This document shows positions 24,748-33,289 of a stretch of 64,000 nt of DNA, in pieces. A program made the position numbers and the translations under genes. The first letter of the stretch is position 1. The number at the start of each line of letters is the position of its first letter. The stretch lies in the NCBI GenBank assembly GCA_964551875.1, contig CAZKEV010000002.1:16047-80046 (forward strand), written 5' to 3'. The notes under the pieces were generated by a model. It searched no databases, was not told the origin of the DNA, and saw only the letters and a program-made list of their open reading frames with translations. Origin of the DNA: an uncultured Methanomicrobiales archaeon. Its GTDB lineage: Archaea > Halobacteriota > Methanomicrobia > Methanomicrobiales > JACTUA01.

Positions 24748-25506
24748 ATGACCGTTCAGAACTTCTATGTCCGTGGAGACAAGTCGATCATCAGCAACGT
24801 CATCGACGAGTTCGAGAGCGAGCGCAATCGTGTCCAGACCGCCTTCCAGGGGGTCCAGGACAAGTTCGACTCCGGGGGAGGAAGCGGAGGGGGGACGCGG
24901 ATCGTAGGAAACGACGTAACTCTGACGGCGGGGTACTTCCAGTTTACGGTCCCGCTGGACGCCGGAAACATCAACAGGTACTGCCGGATCGGAGGCCCTC
25001 TATCCTACGGCAGGCAACAGATCCACTTCACCGGGAACCAGAGCGTCCTGCGACTGGGGGCGTGCTCGTCCGACGGTGACGCCTTCACGGAGGACTCCGA
25101 TGGGATCGTCGTCTACAAGGAGAGCTCCAACTTCCTCGCGAGGATCAAGGCTGATCGGTTCGGACTCACCCGCTGCACGGACTCGGCGCTCTACTTCTTC
25201 CGGGTGGACCCGAGCGCCCTGTACTACAGGGCGGACCCCCCCGGAGGGGCGGTACACTTCCGGGTCGATCGCGTCACGGGCATGATGAGCCTGGGGCACG
25301 ACGCCCCTGTCTCCGGCCTGGACATCTACCCGGACGCGGGGGGCGTGGACAAGGGATTCATCACGCTCAGGGAGCTGGCGGGGGGTCTCCCGCTGGCAGC
25401 GGCGAACGCCGTGGCTCTCGGGGCGAAGGACGACGGACTGGGCAAGACCCAGTTGGTGGTCAGGTTCCAGAGCGGTGCTGAGGTGCCACTGGCGACGGAG
25501 GCGTAG
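24748..25506 (+). CDS. Hypothetical fibre-associated protein, paralogue B
   Basis: N-terminus FYVRGDKSIISNVIDEFESERNRVQTAFQGVQD aligns with paralogues A and C, followed by a Gly linker GGGSGGG. Confidence 0.55.
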   Translation: MTVQNFYVRGDKSIISNVIDEFESERNRVQTAFQGVQDKFDSGGGSGGGTRIVGNDVTLTAGYFQFTVPLDAGNINRYCRIGGPLSYGRQQIHFTGNQSVLRLGACSSDGDAFTEDSDGIVVYKESSNFLARIKADRFGLTRCTDSALYFFRVDPSALYYRADPPGGAVHFRVDRVTGMMSLGHDAPVSGLDIYPDAGGVDKGFITLRELAGGLPLAAANAVALGAKDDGLGKTQLVVRFQSGAEVPLATEA

Positions 25507-25507
25507 G

Positions 25508-25822
25508 GTGAAGGACGACAAGGTCGCTATCTCCTTGGTGAAGATCGAGGAGGGGGATCTCCAGAGGTACATGGCGAACGACGAGGCCATCTCCGACCAG
25601 GAGTGGCTCAAGTACGTCGCTAACAGGTACGAGGAGATCAAGGAGGACTACCGGGGGCTGGTGGCGCAGAGGCGGGAGGCGGAGGCCCAGGGTAGGGAAG
25701 ACCTCCTGAACCGTCTCACCTCTGTGTTCCGAGGGAACTACAAGGCCCGCGTGTGGGCGGTGAAAATCCTTCGGGAGAAGGGGTTCGTCGTAGAAGACCC
25801 CTTCGTTCCTAACGGAAAATAA
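25508..25822 (+). CDS. Hypothetical protein
   Basis: GTG 25508 lies 2 nt after the upstream TAG. 104 aa, charged/helical. Confidence 0.45.
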   Translation: MKDDKVAISLVKIEEGDLQRYMANDEAISDQEWLKYVANRYEEIKEDYRGLVAQRREAEAQGREDLLNRLTSVFRGNYKARVWAVKILREKGFVVEDPFVPNGK

Positions 25823-25832
25823 GGAGGGCAAG

Positions 25833-26270
25833 ATGCCGTACGTCAGACCGGACAAGGCGATCAGGGAGAACATCATCGTCAAGATGGAGGAGGACCGCGA
25901 CGCGATCCAGGCCGCCTTCTCCTCCAGTCTCATCGAGACCTCGGTGGACTTCATCCACGACATGCCCCCGGTGGGCGGCGACGTGCGGATCAGGACGGCG
26001 CTGGGCACGATGACCCCCATCGAGGGGTCGTGCTGCTGCATGCCGGGAAGCGGACCCGGAGGGCTGGTGGACATCAAGGTAGGCACTCCCGCAGGCCCCT
26101 CGATCCTGACGGCCCCTGCCGCCATCACCTCGACCCCCGGCGTCCCGGTGCCGCTGTCCTTCATCCCCGGCGTGTACATCCCGGCGGGCGTGCCGATCTG
26201 CTACATCCTGACGGACATCGGGGCTCCGGTCTTCTTCCCGACGATGAACGTCAAGTGGAACATGACGTAG
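25833..26270 (+). CDS. Hypothetical fibre-associated protein, paralogue C
   Basis: ATG after AAGGAGGG. N-terminus YVRPDKAIRENIIVKMEEDRDAIQAAF aligns with A and B. Contains a CCC motif. Confidence 0.55.
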   Translation: MPYVRPDKAIRENIIVKMEEDRDAIQAAFSSSLIETSVDFIHDMPPVGGDVRIRTALGTMTPIEGSCCCMPGSGPGGLVDIKVGTPAGPSILTAPAAITSTPGVPVPLSFIPGVYIPAGVPICYILTDIGAPVFFPTMNVKWNMT

Positions 26271-26313
26271 CCCTGAAGGACGGGCTTGCAAGGAATTCTG
26301 AAGGAGGTGGGGA

Positions 26314-26862
26314 GTGCGGAAGATCATCTACGCGCTCGGCGGGATTACCCTGATGATGTCGGTCGGGTGCAACGGGGATTTCCTCAAGATCGACCCAGCC
26401 TTCGCGGCCCCCCTCGTCGAGAAGGGCGCGGCGATCACGACCACGCTGGGGCTCAAGGCCCTGGTTTCGGACGCCGAGGGCTACGAGAAGGTGAAGGCGG
26501 TGGTCAAGCCGGTGCAGGAGATCATCGACACTACGGTGATCCCCATCATCAAGGGGGTGGATCTGGCCGACGTGACGCGGGCGACGGTAGACAAGGCCCT
26601 GGCCCTCTTGAACGAGAAGATCCCCCAGGAGATCAAGGGAGTGATCCAACTGGCCGTGAATGGGGCGCTGGTCCTCTTGAAGATGCCCGACAACCCCGCG
26701 ACGAAACTGGAACCAGGACAGGCCGAAATCATTCTGGCCCTGTTCCGGGGCATCGAGACGGGGGCCTCGGCGTTCGTGGCTTGGGGCGGGCCGGGTGCCA
26801 AGGCTCTCGGGGACATCCCTGTGGTGATGGAAATCACATGGGCCGGAGGAAAAGGCCCGTAG
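26314..26862 (+). CDS. Putative lipoprotein (last gene of the late operon)
   Basis: GTG after AAGGAGGTGGGGA. Signal peptide MRKIIYALGGITLMMSVGC has a lipobox-like SVGC. Confidence 0.6.
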   Translation: MRKIIYALGGITLMMSVGCNGDFLKIDPAFAAPLVEKGAAITTTLGLKALVSDAEGYEKVKAVVKPVQEIIDTTVIPIIKGVDLADVTRATVDKALALLNEKIPQEIKGVIQLAVNGALVLLKMPDNPATKLEPGQAEIILALFRGIETGASAFVAWGGPGAKALGDIPVVMEITWAGGKGP

Positions 26863-26889
26863 GATTACCGGTCTCCTTTCCTTCCCGCG

Positions 26890-26927
26890 ATCCGCCGGGG
26901 GGTTCGCGCCTCCTGGCGGATTTTTTT
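26890..26927 (+). terminator. Strong rho-independent terminator closing the late operon
   Basis: ATCCGCCGGGGGG ... CCTCCTGGCGGAT forms a stem of about 13 bp including G-U pairs, followed by T7. Confidence 0.8.
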
Positions 26928-26939
26928 ACAGAATTGCCC

Positions 26940-26967
26940 TTGACAAAATCATTGAACGATATATACT
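26940..26967 (+). promoter_or_regulatory. Consensus early/middle promoter P1
   Basis: TTGACA-N16-TATACT, preceded by CCC and followed by ATAATAGG. About 27 nt upstream of the SWIM gene start. Confidence 0.75.
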
Positions 26968-26993
26968 ATAATAGGAATTGAGGAGGATTGAAG

Positions 26994-27362
26994 ATGATGA
27001 CGCTTCCAAGATCGCGCTTGGCGGACCAGAGGGCGCAGCTTCGGGCGAAGCCGGTCGACCCCATGAAGGAGAAGATCCGGCGGAACCTGAAGACCATGCT
27101 CCTCATGGGCGACGACGACTCGGATATGAAGGCGTTCGCGGACAAGGTCTGCAAGCTCCAGCACCAGTTCCGGGACGGCAAGCTCTACGTCGGGACGGAC
27201 TTCCCCCCGAAGCACGAGGTGCGGAAGTCGGCCAAGACAGGCGATCCCTGGTGCCGCTGCCCCGACTTCGCCTTCAGGAGCCGGAAAGGCGGCGGGCTCT
27301 GCAAGCACCTGGTGTACGCCCAGGCCGCCGAGCTGGAGATCCCAACCACGGGAGACGTCTAA
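26994..27362 (+). CDS. SWIM zinc-finger protein
   Basis: ATG after GAGGAGG. CRCPDFAFRSRKGGGLCKHLV fits the CxCxnCxH SWIM signature. Confidence 0.75.
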   Translation: MMTLPRSRLADQRAQLRAKPVDPMKEKIRRNLKTMLLMGDDDSDMKAFADKVCKLQHQFRDGKLYVGTDFPPKHEVRKSAKTGDPWCRCPDFAFRSRKGGGLCKHLVYAQAAELEIPTTGDV

Positions 27363-27379
27363 AAAAGTTATTTAGCCCC

Positions 27380-27407
27380 TTGACAAATAAGGCAAGGCGT
27401 ATATACT
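27380..27407 (+). promoter_or_regulatory. Consensus promoter P2
   Basis: CCCCTTGACAAA..TATACTGTAGG with a 16-nt spacer. Confidence 0.75.
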
Positions 27408-27456
27408 GTAGGTAGATCCTGGGCAAGAAGCAAGGAAGGACGAAGGAGGACGAACC

Positions 27457-28563
27457 ATGCGGATCGGACAGGTGCCGGAAGTTCTGCGGGCGCACGAATC
27501 GGCGGGCAACGCGGTCATGCTCTGGTCGCCTCCGGGCGTGGGCAAATCGAGCCTGGTCGGGCAGATGAGCGAGGAGGACGGCGTCCTCAATGTCGACATC
27601 CGCCTCAGCCTCCTCAACCCGGTCGACCTGCGGGGCATCCCCATCGTCAAGGGGGATCGGGTCGAGTGGGTGCCGCCGGTGTTCCTGGTCAACAAGGGGC
27701 CATGCCGCTTCTTCCTCGACGAGATCAACATCGCTCCTCCCACCACCCAGGCCGCCGCCTACCAGTGGGTGCTCGACGGACGGATCGGCGAGTGGGCGAT
27801 GGACCGCACCCCGATGGTCACGAAGACGGGATGCAAGCGCCCGGCGCAGACGATCGTCGCTGCCGGGAACCGCGCTTCCGATCAGGCATTCGTCCACCAG
27901 ATGCCCGCCCCCCTGCGGAACAGGATGGCGCACATCGAGGTGGAGCCCCACCTGGACGACTGGAAGGAGTGGGCCTGGAAGTCCGGGGTCGACGGGAGGA
28001 TCATCAACTTCCTCCAGTTCACTTCGCGGGTCGGGGTCGGGCTCAACGCCGATTCTCCCTGGGGCCTCCTCTTCTTCTTCGATCCCAAGGTCCACGCGAC
28101 GGGGGCCTTCCCGACCCCGCGCTCCTGGGTCCAGGTCAGCAACTTCGTCGGGGTGAATCCCCGGTTGGCCATGAACACCGAGGCGATCGCCGGGATGGTC
28201 GGGGGCGCGGTCGCGCAGAAGTTCGTGGCCTTCCTCAAGGTCGCGGACAAGCTCCCGAACGCCGACCGGGTCCTCGACGGCGAGATCACCCTTCACCCGC
28301 CGACGGAGCCAAGCGCCCTCTACGCCTTCTGCGGTGCGCTCACCGCCGCCCTCATCCGGAGGGAGAAGGACAAGCGGGTGAAGGCCACCGAGAACGTCGC
28401 CCTCTACTGCGCCAAGCACTGGGCCGATGCGGCGGAGTTCGCCATCCTGACCATGAAGGACTTCGGCAGGACGCCCGAGTACAAGGAGGTCTACCGGAAC
28501 GTGATCGTCACCAAGGGCTGGCGCGACTTCGCAAAGTGCTTCGGCCAGCTCCTGGAGGTGTAG
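27457..28563 (+). CDS. MoxR-type AAA+ ATPase (AAA_5 / CbbQ-NorQ-like)
   Basis: Walker A in LWSPPGVGKSSL and Walker B in RFFLDEINIAPP. 368 aa. Adjacent to a vWA protein. Confidence 0.85.
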   Translation: MRIGQVPEVLRAHESAGNAVMLWSPPGVGKSSLVGQMSEEDGVLNVDIRLSLLNPVDLRGIPIVKGDRVEWVPPVFLVNKGPCRFFLDEINIAPPTTQAAAYQWVLDGRIGEWAMDRTPMVTKTGCKRPAQTIVAAGNRASDQAFVHQMPAPLRNRMAHIEVEPHLDDWKEWAWKSGVDGRIINFLQFTSRVGVGLNADSPWGLLFFFDPKVHATGAFPTPRSWVQVSNFVGVNPRLAMNTEAIAGMVGGAVAQKFVAFLKVADKLPNADRVLDGEITLHPPTEPSALYAFCGALTAALIRREKDKRVKATENVALYCAKHWADAAEFAILTMKDFGRTPEYKEVYRNVIVTKGWRDFAKCFGQLLEV

Positions 28564-28571
28564 GAATCCTC

Positions 28572-28599
28572 TTGACAAATACGGGAAATCACCTATAAT
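28572..28599 (+). promoter_or_regulatory. Consensus promoter P3
   Basis: TTGACA-N16-TATAAT followed by ATAGG. Confidence 0.8.
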
Positions 28600-28627
28600 A
28601 TAGGCAGAGTCAGGATTGAGGTGAAAG

Positions 28628-30142
28628 ATGGCCGACAACGAAAACCTCTTCGCCAAGAGCAAGGTTCAGCTGGTTCTGAACCACCCGTTCTTCGGCGTCC
28701 TGGTCTGCCACTTGCCGACCGAGCCGATGGATCCCGCGATCATGATGGCGATGGGCGCTCCGCCTACGGCGATGGTCGACGGGAAGAAGATCTACTACAA
28801 CGCCGAGTGGGTGAAGGGCCTCCCGGAAAAGCAGCGGATGGGTCTCCTCTGCCACGAGATCCTTCACCCCGCCCTTCAGCACCTTTGGCGGCGGGGGCAG
28901 CGCGAGCCCGAGACCTGGAACAGGGCTTGCGACTACGTGGTGAACGACATCATCCTCAACACGAAGAACGGAGGGGGAACCGGATTTGAGCTTCCTCCCG
29001 GCGGGTGCATCGACGGCCAGTTCTCCGGGATGTCCGTCGAGCAGGTCTACCATCTTCTGAAGGAGCAGGAACAAGGGAAGGGGAAGAAGAAGGCGAAGGA
29101 AGGCAAGGTCCTCGACGGACACCTGGAGAAGGAATACGAAAAGGGCGGGGGGAAGGGGAAGGGGAAGGCGGGGGCAGGGGACCAGGGGGCCAGCAAGAAG
29201 GACGGGAAGGGGAAGGACGGGAAGGGGAAGGGGCAGGAGAAGAAGGACGGGCAGGGCAATGGCAGCGGGGCCAAGGAAGAGGCCGAACGCCAGCGCCAGG
29301 AAGCGGAGAAGAAGGCCGCGCAGGGCCAGGGCAAATCCGAGGAGAAGGATGAGGAGAAAGACGACGAGGGGGAGAACGACCAGGACGGGGAAACGCCCAA
29401 CCAGCAGCAGGAGGGGGAAGGCGGGGACGCCGACTCCAACGAGGGAAGCCTCGACGACGTGAAGGAAGACATGACGGAGGTCTGGAAGGGCCTCCTCATC
29501 CAGGCGGCGATGGTTGCGAAGTCGAGGGGAACCCTTCCCGGCCAGCTGGAACGGCTGGTGGGGGAGGTCACGAAGCCCAAGGTGCCGTGGCAGCGGATCA
29601 TCGAGATGTACATCAACGACACGATCCGCGACGACTACGATATGTGCCGCCAGGACCGGCGGTTCATCATGCAGGGGATCTACTTTCCCGAGCTGCAAAG
29701 CAACGCGGCGAGCGTGGTGGTTGCGACCGACACCTCCGGCTCCATCGGGGGGGATGAGCTGAAGACCTTCGTCGGGGAGATCACGGGCATCCTGCGGTGC
29801 AGGGGGGTCTCGGCAATGAGGCTGATGGCCTGCGATGCCGAGATCACCATGGACGAGACGCTTCTCCCGACGGACGCCTTGCCGGAGAACTTCCCCGGCG
29901 GTGGTGGGACGGACTTCCGCCCGGTCTTCAAGCGGATCGCTGACAACATGGAGGGGATTCCTCCCGCCCTGATCGTGTACCTCACGGATGGGTACGGGAC
30001 TTTCCCGGAGCGGGACATCGGCATCCCGACGATCTGGTTGATCGCGGCGCACTCGGGAACGCCCGACGAGAGCCTTCCCAAGCCGCCCTTCGGGATCACG
30101 GTGCGGTACGACCTGGATACGGAGGTCATCGGTGTCCTTTGA
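28628..30142 (+). CDS. vWA-domain protein with N-terminal HExxH metallopeptidase-like domain (DUF2201-like architecture)
   Basis: LLCHEILHPALQH carries HExxH. A ~150-aa K/G/E/D low-complexity insert follows. VVVATDTSGSIGGDEL is the MIDAS DxSxS motif. Confidence 0.8.
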   Translation: MADNENLFAKSKVQLVLNHPFFGVLVCHLPTEPMDPAIMMAMGAPPTAMVDGKKIYYNAEWVKGLPEKQRMGLLCHEILHPALQHLWRRGQREPETWNRACDYVVNDIILNTKNGGGTGFELPPGGCIDGQFSGMSVEQVYHLLKEQEQGKGKKKAKEGKVLDGHLEKEYEKGGGKGKGKAGAGDQGASKKDGKGKDGKGKGQEKKDGQGNGSGAKEEAERQRQEAEKKAAQGQGKSEEKDEEKDDEGENDQDGETPNQQQEGEGGDADSNEGSLDDVKEDMTEVWKGLLIQAAMVAKSRGTLPGQLERLVGEVTKPKVPWQRIIEMYINDTIRDDYDMCRQDRRFIMQGIYFPELQSNAASVVVATDTSGSIGGDELKTFVGEITGILRCRGVSAMRLMACDAEITMDETLLPTDALPENFPGGGGTDFRPVFKRIADNMEGIPPALIVYLTDGYGTFPERDIGIPTIWLIAAHSGTPDESLPKPPFGITVRYDLDTEVIGVL

Positions 30143-30905
30143 AGAAGCGGAAGAGAGGGGACCCTACGAGGAGACCTACCGGACGACCGAAGTCCAGGTA
30201 GGTCTCTTCCTCATTTCCCTCGGATTCGAGTCGGTGGCCGAAGATCCTTCTCCCCTCGGATTCCGTTCCGCCCCTTCCATGTGGAAGAGGGGGATGGGGT
30301 TCGGGGCGGTCGTCAGGGCTTTTCCGAGATTCAACTCTTTCAAGATGGAAGTGAATCTCGGGGTGTATGCCGAGGAGCGGGATGAGGCGGGGGAAGACGT
30401 TTCCTACGTCTCTCCCGTCACGATTTCCATTGAGGGGGCGGATCATCACTGGAAGGACGTCCTGAACAAAAAGATCCAGTCCGCCGTCGAGCACGGGATG
30501 AAGGCGATGAATCTGACCTGCCCCCATTGCGGCGGGAAGATGAAGGAGAGGAAGATCCGGGCGGATGGAGATCACAAGGGCGAGTCATTCTACGGCTGCT
30601 CGAAGTACCCCCAGTGCCGGGGGGCGAGATTTCCGTGGAACGCGGGGGCGCAAAGCGACGAGGGCAAGTGGGCGTTTGCCAAATGCCCCGACTGCGACGC
30701 CCCCCTGGTCATCCGATACGCCAAGCAGGGGAGGAACGAAGGGAACAAGTTCTACGGGTGCAAGGCATATCCGAAGTGCAAGCGAATCGTCCAGGAAAAC
30801 GAGCTGATGGCCCTCCGGTTCATGCAGGGGGAAGACGCCAAAAACCCCTGGGAATGGACCCCCCCGGAACCCCCTCCCGATCCACCTGTTGATTTAACTT
30901 TTTAA
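30132..30905 (+). CDS. Protein with two topoisomerase-type C4 zinc ribbons
   Basis: CPHCGGKM...FYGCSKYPQCRG and CPDCDAPL...FYGCKAYPKCKR. The GTG start overlaps the vWA gene's end by 11 nt. Confidence 0.65.
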   Translation: MSFEEAEERGPYEETYRTTEVQVGLFLISLGFESVAEDPSPLGFRSAPSMWKRGMGFGAVVRAFPRFNSFKMEVNLGVYAEERDEAGEDVSYVSPVTISIEGADHHWKDVLNKKIQSAVEHGMKAMNLTCPHCGGKMKERKIRADGDHKGESFYGCSKYPQCRGARFPWNAGAQSDEGKWAFAKCPDCDAPLVIRYAKQGRNEGNKFYGCKAYPKCKRIVQENELMALRFMQGEDAKNPWEWTPPEPPPDPPVDLTF

Positions 30906-30914
30906 TTTTACCCC

Positions 30915-30942
30915 TTGACAAAATCATGAAACGATATATACT
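30915..30942 (+). promoter_or_regulatory. Consensus promoter P4
   Basis: CCCCTTGACAAAATCATGAAACGATATATACTATGATTAGG, nearly identical to P1 over about 35 nt. Confidence 0.8.
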
Positions 30943-30971
30943 ATGATTAGGATGATGGAGAAAGGGGAAAG

Positions 30972-31496
30972 GTGAACAAGAACACAACAGACTGGGAGAG
31001 GGCCTGGGAGGCTTGCAAGGACGAGATCACCGACGTCGGGGGCGGGCTCTTCCTGAGCGCGGTTCCGAGGGCAAACGACCTCCGAGACCTGGGGATCAAG
31101 AACGTCCTCAACGTGGCGCGGGAGCAGGGGGACAACCACCTGTGCTACGGCAACTTCAACGTCGCCCACTTCTTCATCGAGGACGGCGTCCCGATGAACC
31201 CGATGATGGTGCGATCGGCCTTGAAGACCCTGCGGGAGATGCACCGGAAGGGATCGACCGTGGTTCACTGCGGGATGGGGGTCAGCCGATCCCCCACGAT
31301 CATCGCCCTCTACTGGTACGCCAGGGGCGAGGTGGACTCCCTGGAAGAAGGCATCGAGATCCTTCAACGGGTGCGGCCCTGCGTTTCTCCGAATTACATC
31401 GTGGACAAGAAGGTCATGCGGGCGGTCGACGGTCTTCGCCGGATGTGGACGAAGCATGGGGCTCCCGCGACTATCAGGATTGGAGGTGCGGAATGA
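30972..31496 (+). CDS. Dual-specificity (Cys-based) protein phosphatase
   Basis: VVHCGMGVSRSPTII fits the HCx5R(S/T) P-loop. 174 aa. Confidence 0.75.
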   Translation: MNKNTTDWERAWEACKDEITDVGGGLFLSAVPRANDLRDLGIKNVLNVAREQGDNHLCYGNFNVAHFFIEDGVPMNPMMVRSALKTLREMHRKGSTVVHCGMGVSRSPTIIALYWYARGEVDSLEEGIEILQRVRPCVSPNYIVDKKVMRAVDGLRRMWTKHGAPATIRIGGAE

Positions 31497-32056
31497 CCGG
31501 ACTCGAAAACGTGGGCGTCCTTCACTACGACATCCCGGTGAGCATCAGCAGGTTCGGCATCTGGCTCCGCAAGGAGCTGCGGAAGGGCAAGGCCCTCCCG
31601 GCGTCCAAGAGCGTCTACCTGGTGAACTGGTCGGACGTCCCGCGCCTCCAGGGGGTGGTGGACGGGGCGAAGGTCGCCTACACCGAAAAGTACCCGGAGG
31701 AGGCCGCGACCCTCAACCGCCTCTCGGTCGCCTTCCTGAAGTTCGACAACGCCACGGGGGAAGAGGCCCGGCGGATGGCGGTCGAGGGCATGAACCGCCT
31801 CATCGCGGAAACCACCGACTCCCTCAAGAAGCAGATCAAGAAGGCCGACGGCGAGGGCCTGCCCCGCGCCATCCAGCGGAAGTTCATCAAGCGCATCAAG
31901 GAGTGCAAGATGCTCGCGATCGCCTTCCGGCTGATGGAGGACGTCGAGGGGCCGATGGCGGAGCTCTGGACCCTGGTCGAGGAGGAGATCGGAGCCGAGG
32001 TGGCCGCGCAGATCGCCAAGAAGGCGGAGGCCCGGCTCGCCAAGGCGGTGGCCTAA
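31493..32056 (+). CDS. Hypothetical protein
   Basis: ATGA overlap. 187 aa with a helical, charged C-terminal half. Confidence 0.55.
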   Translation: MTGLENVGVLHYDIPVSISRFGIWLRKELRKGKALPASKSVYLVNWSDVPRLQGVVDGAKVAYTEKYPEEAATLNRLSVAFLKFDNATGEEARRMAVEGMNRLIAETTDSLKKQIKKADGEGLPRAIQRKFIKRIKECKMLAIAFRLMEDVEGPMAELWTLVEEEIGAEVAAQIAKKAEARLAKAVA

Positions 32057-32131
32057 CCCTGCAAGGCGGGATCCCGGAGGCCGGAACAGACCCGCGCCTT
32101 CGGGTTCCCGTTCTACTTGGGGAGGTGAAGC

Positions 32132-32377
32132 ATGAAGTGGTATCCGAAAGGACTTCATGGGGGAGGGCGAGGGGCGGTGGTCCCCGAAGCCAAGGTTTCC
32201 GACAACCACTACACCATGGAGTGCTACACCGAACGAATGACAACGGCCCGATGGAAGGCCGTCCTTCTGGCGAAGATGGACGAAATCTTCTGCGGGGGTC
32301 ACCGCCGACGTCTCGTGGCAAAGCGGCTCGGGGCGGGGGTCGTTGAAGTGAGCAAGGCCCCGGAGAAGCAAGGATGA
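32132..32377 (+). CDS. Hypothetical small protein
   Basis: ATG after GGGGAGGTGAAGC. 81 aa. Confidence 0.4.
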   Translation: MKWYPKGLHGGGRGAVVPEAKVSDNHYTMECYTERMTTARWKAVLLAKMDEIFCGGHRRRLVAKRLGAGVVEVSKAPEKQG

Positions 32378-33102
32378 AGTGGAGGAAGTACAAGGAGAGA
32401 GGGAACCGGCTGGTCGCCCTGAAGGAGCCCCGCCTCGTCACCCGCGTGGGGTACGAGGTGGACTTCGAGGAGGCTTGCCGGATGGTGGCGAAGGAGGCCA
32501 CTTTTGTCCCGGGGGATCCCAGGATCAAGGACGCGAAGACGGAATTGGATGGTTGGCCGGTTCAACAGAACAAGGATTTCGACCTTAAAATCGTTTCTCT
32601 TCATCCTTCTCTGTGGAAGTACTGGGACGACCGGGCAAATTGGAAGAAACACCTGAGCGACAATCTTGAAGAGGCGATAGGGCACGTGGGGGTCGATTCC
32701 GTTATGGGGGCCATCGACCATGCGGTCGTGAGAAAGATGATTTTAGACCGCCTTCAGTCGGAAATTCACGGGGGGCAGGAGAGGAAAATCTGGTTTGAGG
32801 ACCCCCCTGGGACGATGATGCTACCGGACGCGAAGGAGATGTGGCGCGGGCCGTGGGAGGTTCTCGGTTGGGGAACGGCGTACACCGGGACTTACTATCC
32901 GGGAGGGGGGAACGCGGAGGATTACGAGCCCCCTCATCTCGGAAACGTCCGGGTCCATGTCCTTTTGAGAATTGTCTACGTCGGGAAAGACCCCGGGTGG
33001 GGCGAGCACATGGTATTGAATGAGAACACGTATCCTTGGGAACAGGAAGCGGTCGCGCAGAAGATGTTGACCGACGTTCAGATCGGTTCGAGGGGAGCAT
33101 GA
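32374..33102 (+). CDS. Hypothetical protein
   Basis: ATGA overlap. 242 aa with W/Y-rich, non-biased composition. Confidence 0.55.
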   Translation: MKWRKYKERGNRLVALKEPRLVTRVGYEVDFEEACRMVAKEATFVPGDPRIKDAKTELDGWPVQQNKDFDLKIVSLHPSLWKYWDDRANWKKHLSDNLEEAIGHVGVDSVMGAIDHAVVRKMILDRLQSEIHGGQERKIWFEDPPGTMMLPDAKEMWRGPWEVLGWGTAYTGTYYPGGGNAEDYEPPHLGNVRVHVLLRIVYVGKDPGWGEHMVLNENTYPWEQEAVAQKMLTDVQIGSRGA

Positions 33103-33287
33103 AACGCCCGAAGCACCTCCTGAAGGAATGGGAGGACGGATTTCCAAAGACCGAGTGTGGGAAGATCGTAGAAGAGAAGGACGCCACGCTTATCCTCGAA
33201 AAGGTGACGTGCGGAACGTGCAAGAAGGGGAAGGAGTTCAAGAAGATCCAGCGGAGCCGACCCTTCAGGTGGGCGCAGGGGAGGTAG
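33099..33287 (+). CDS. Small hypothetical protein with a three-Cys cluster
   Basis: ATGA overlap. 62 aa. Contains TECGKIV...CGTCKKG. Confidence 0.4.
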   Translation: MKRPKHLLKEWEDGFPKTECGKIVEEKDATLILEKVTCGTCKKGKEFKKIQRSRPFRWAQGR

Positions 33288-33289
33288 CG

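Noticed and set aside
23855-26270. Diversity-generating retroelement acting on the paralogous fibre-associated genes.
   Set aside because: There is no reverse transcriptase gene and no template/variable repeat pair with adenine-specific differences anywhere in the window.
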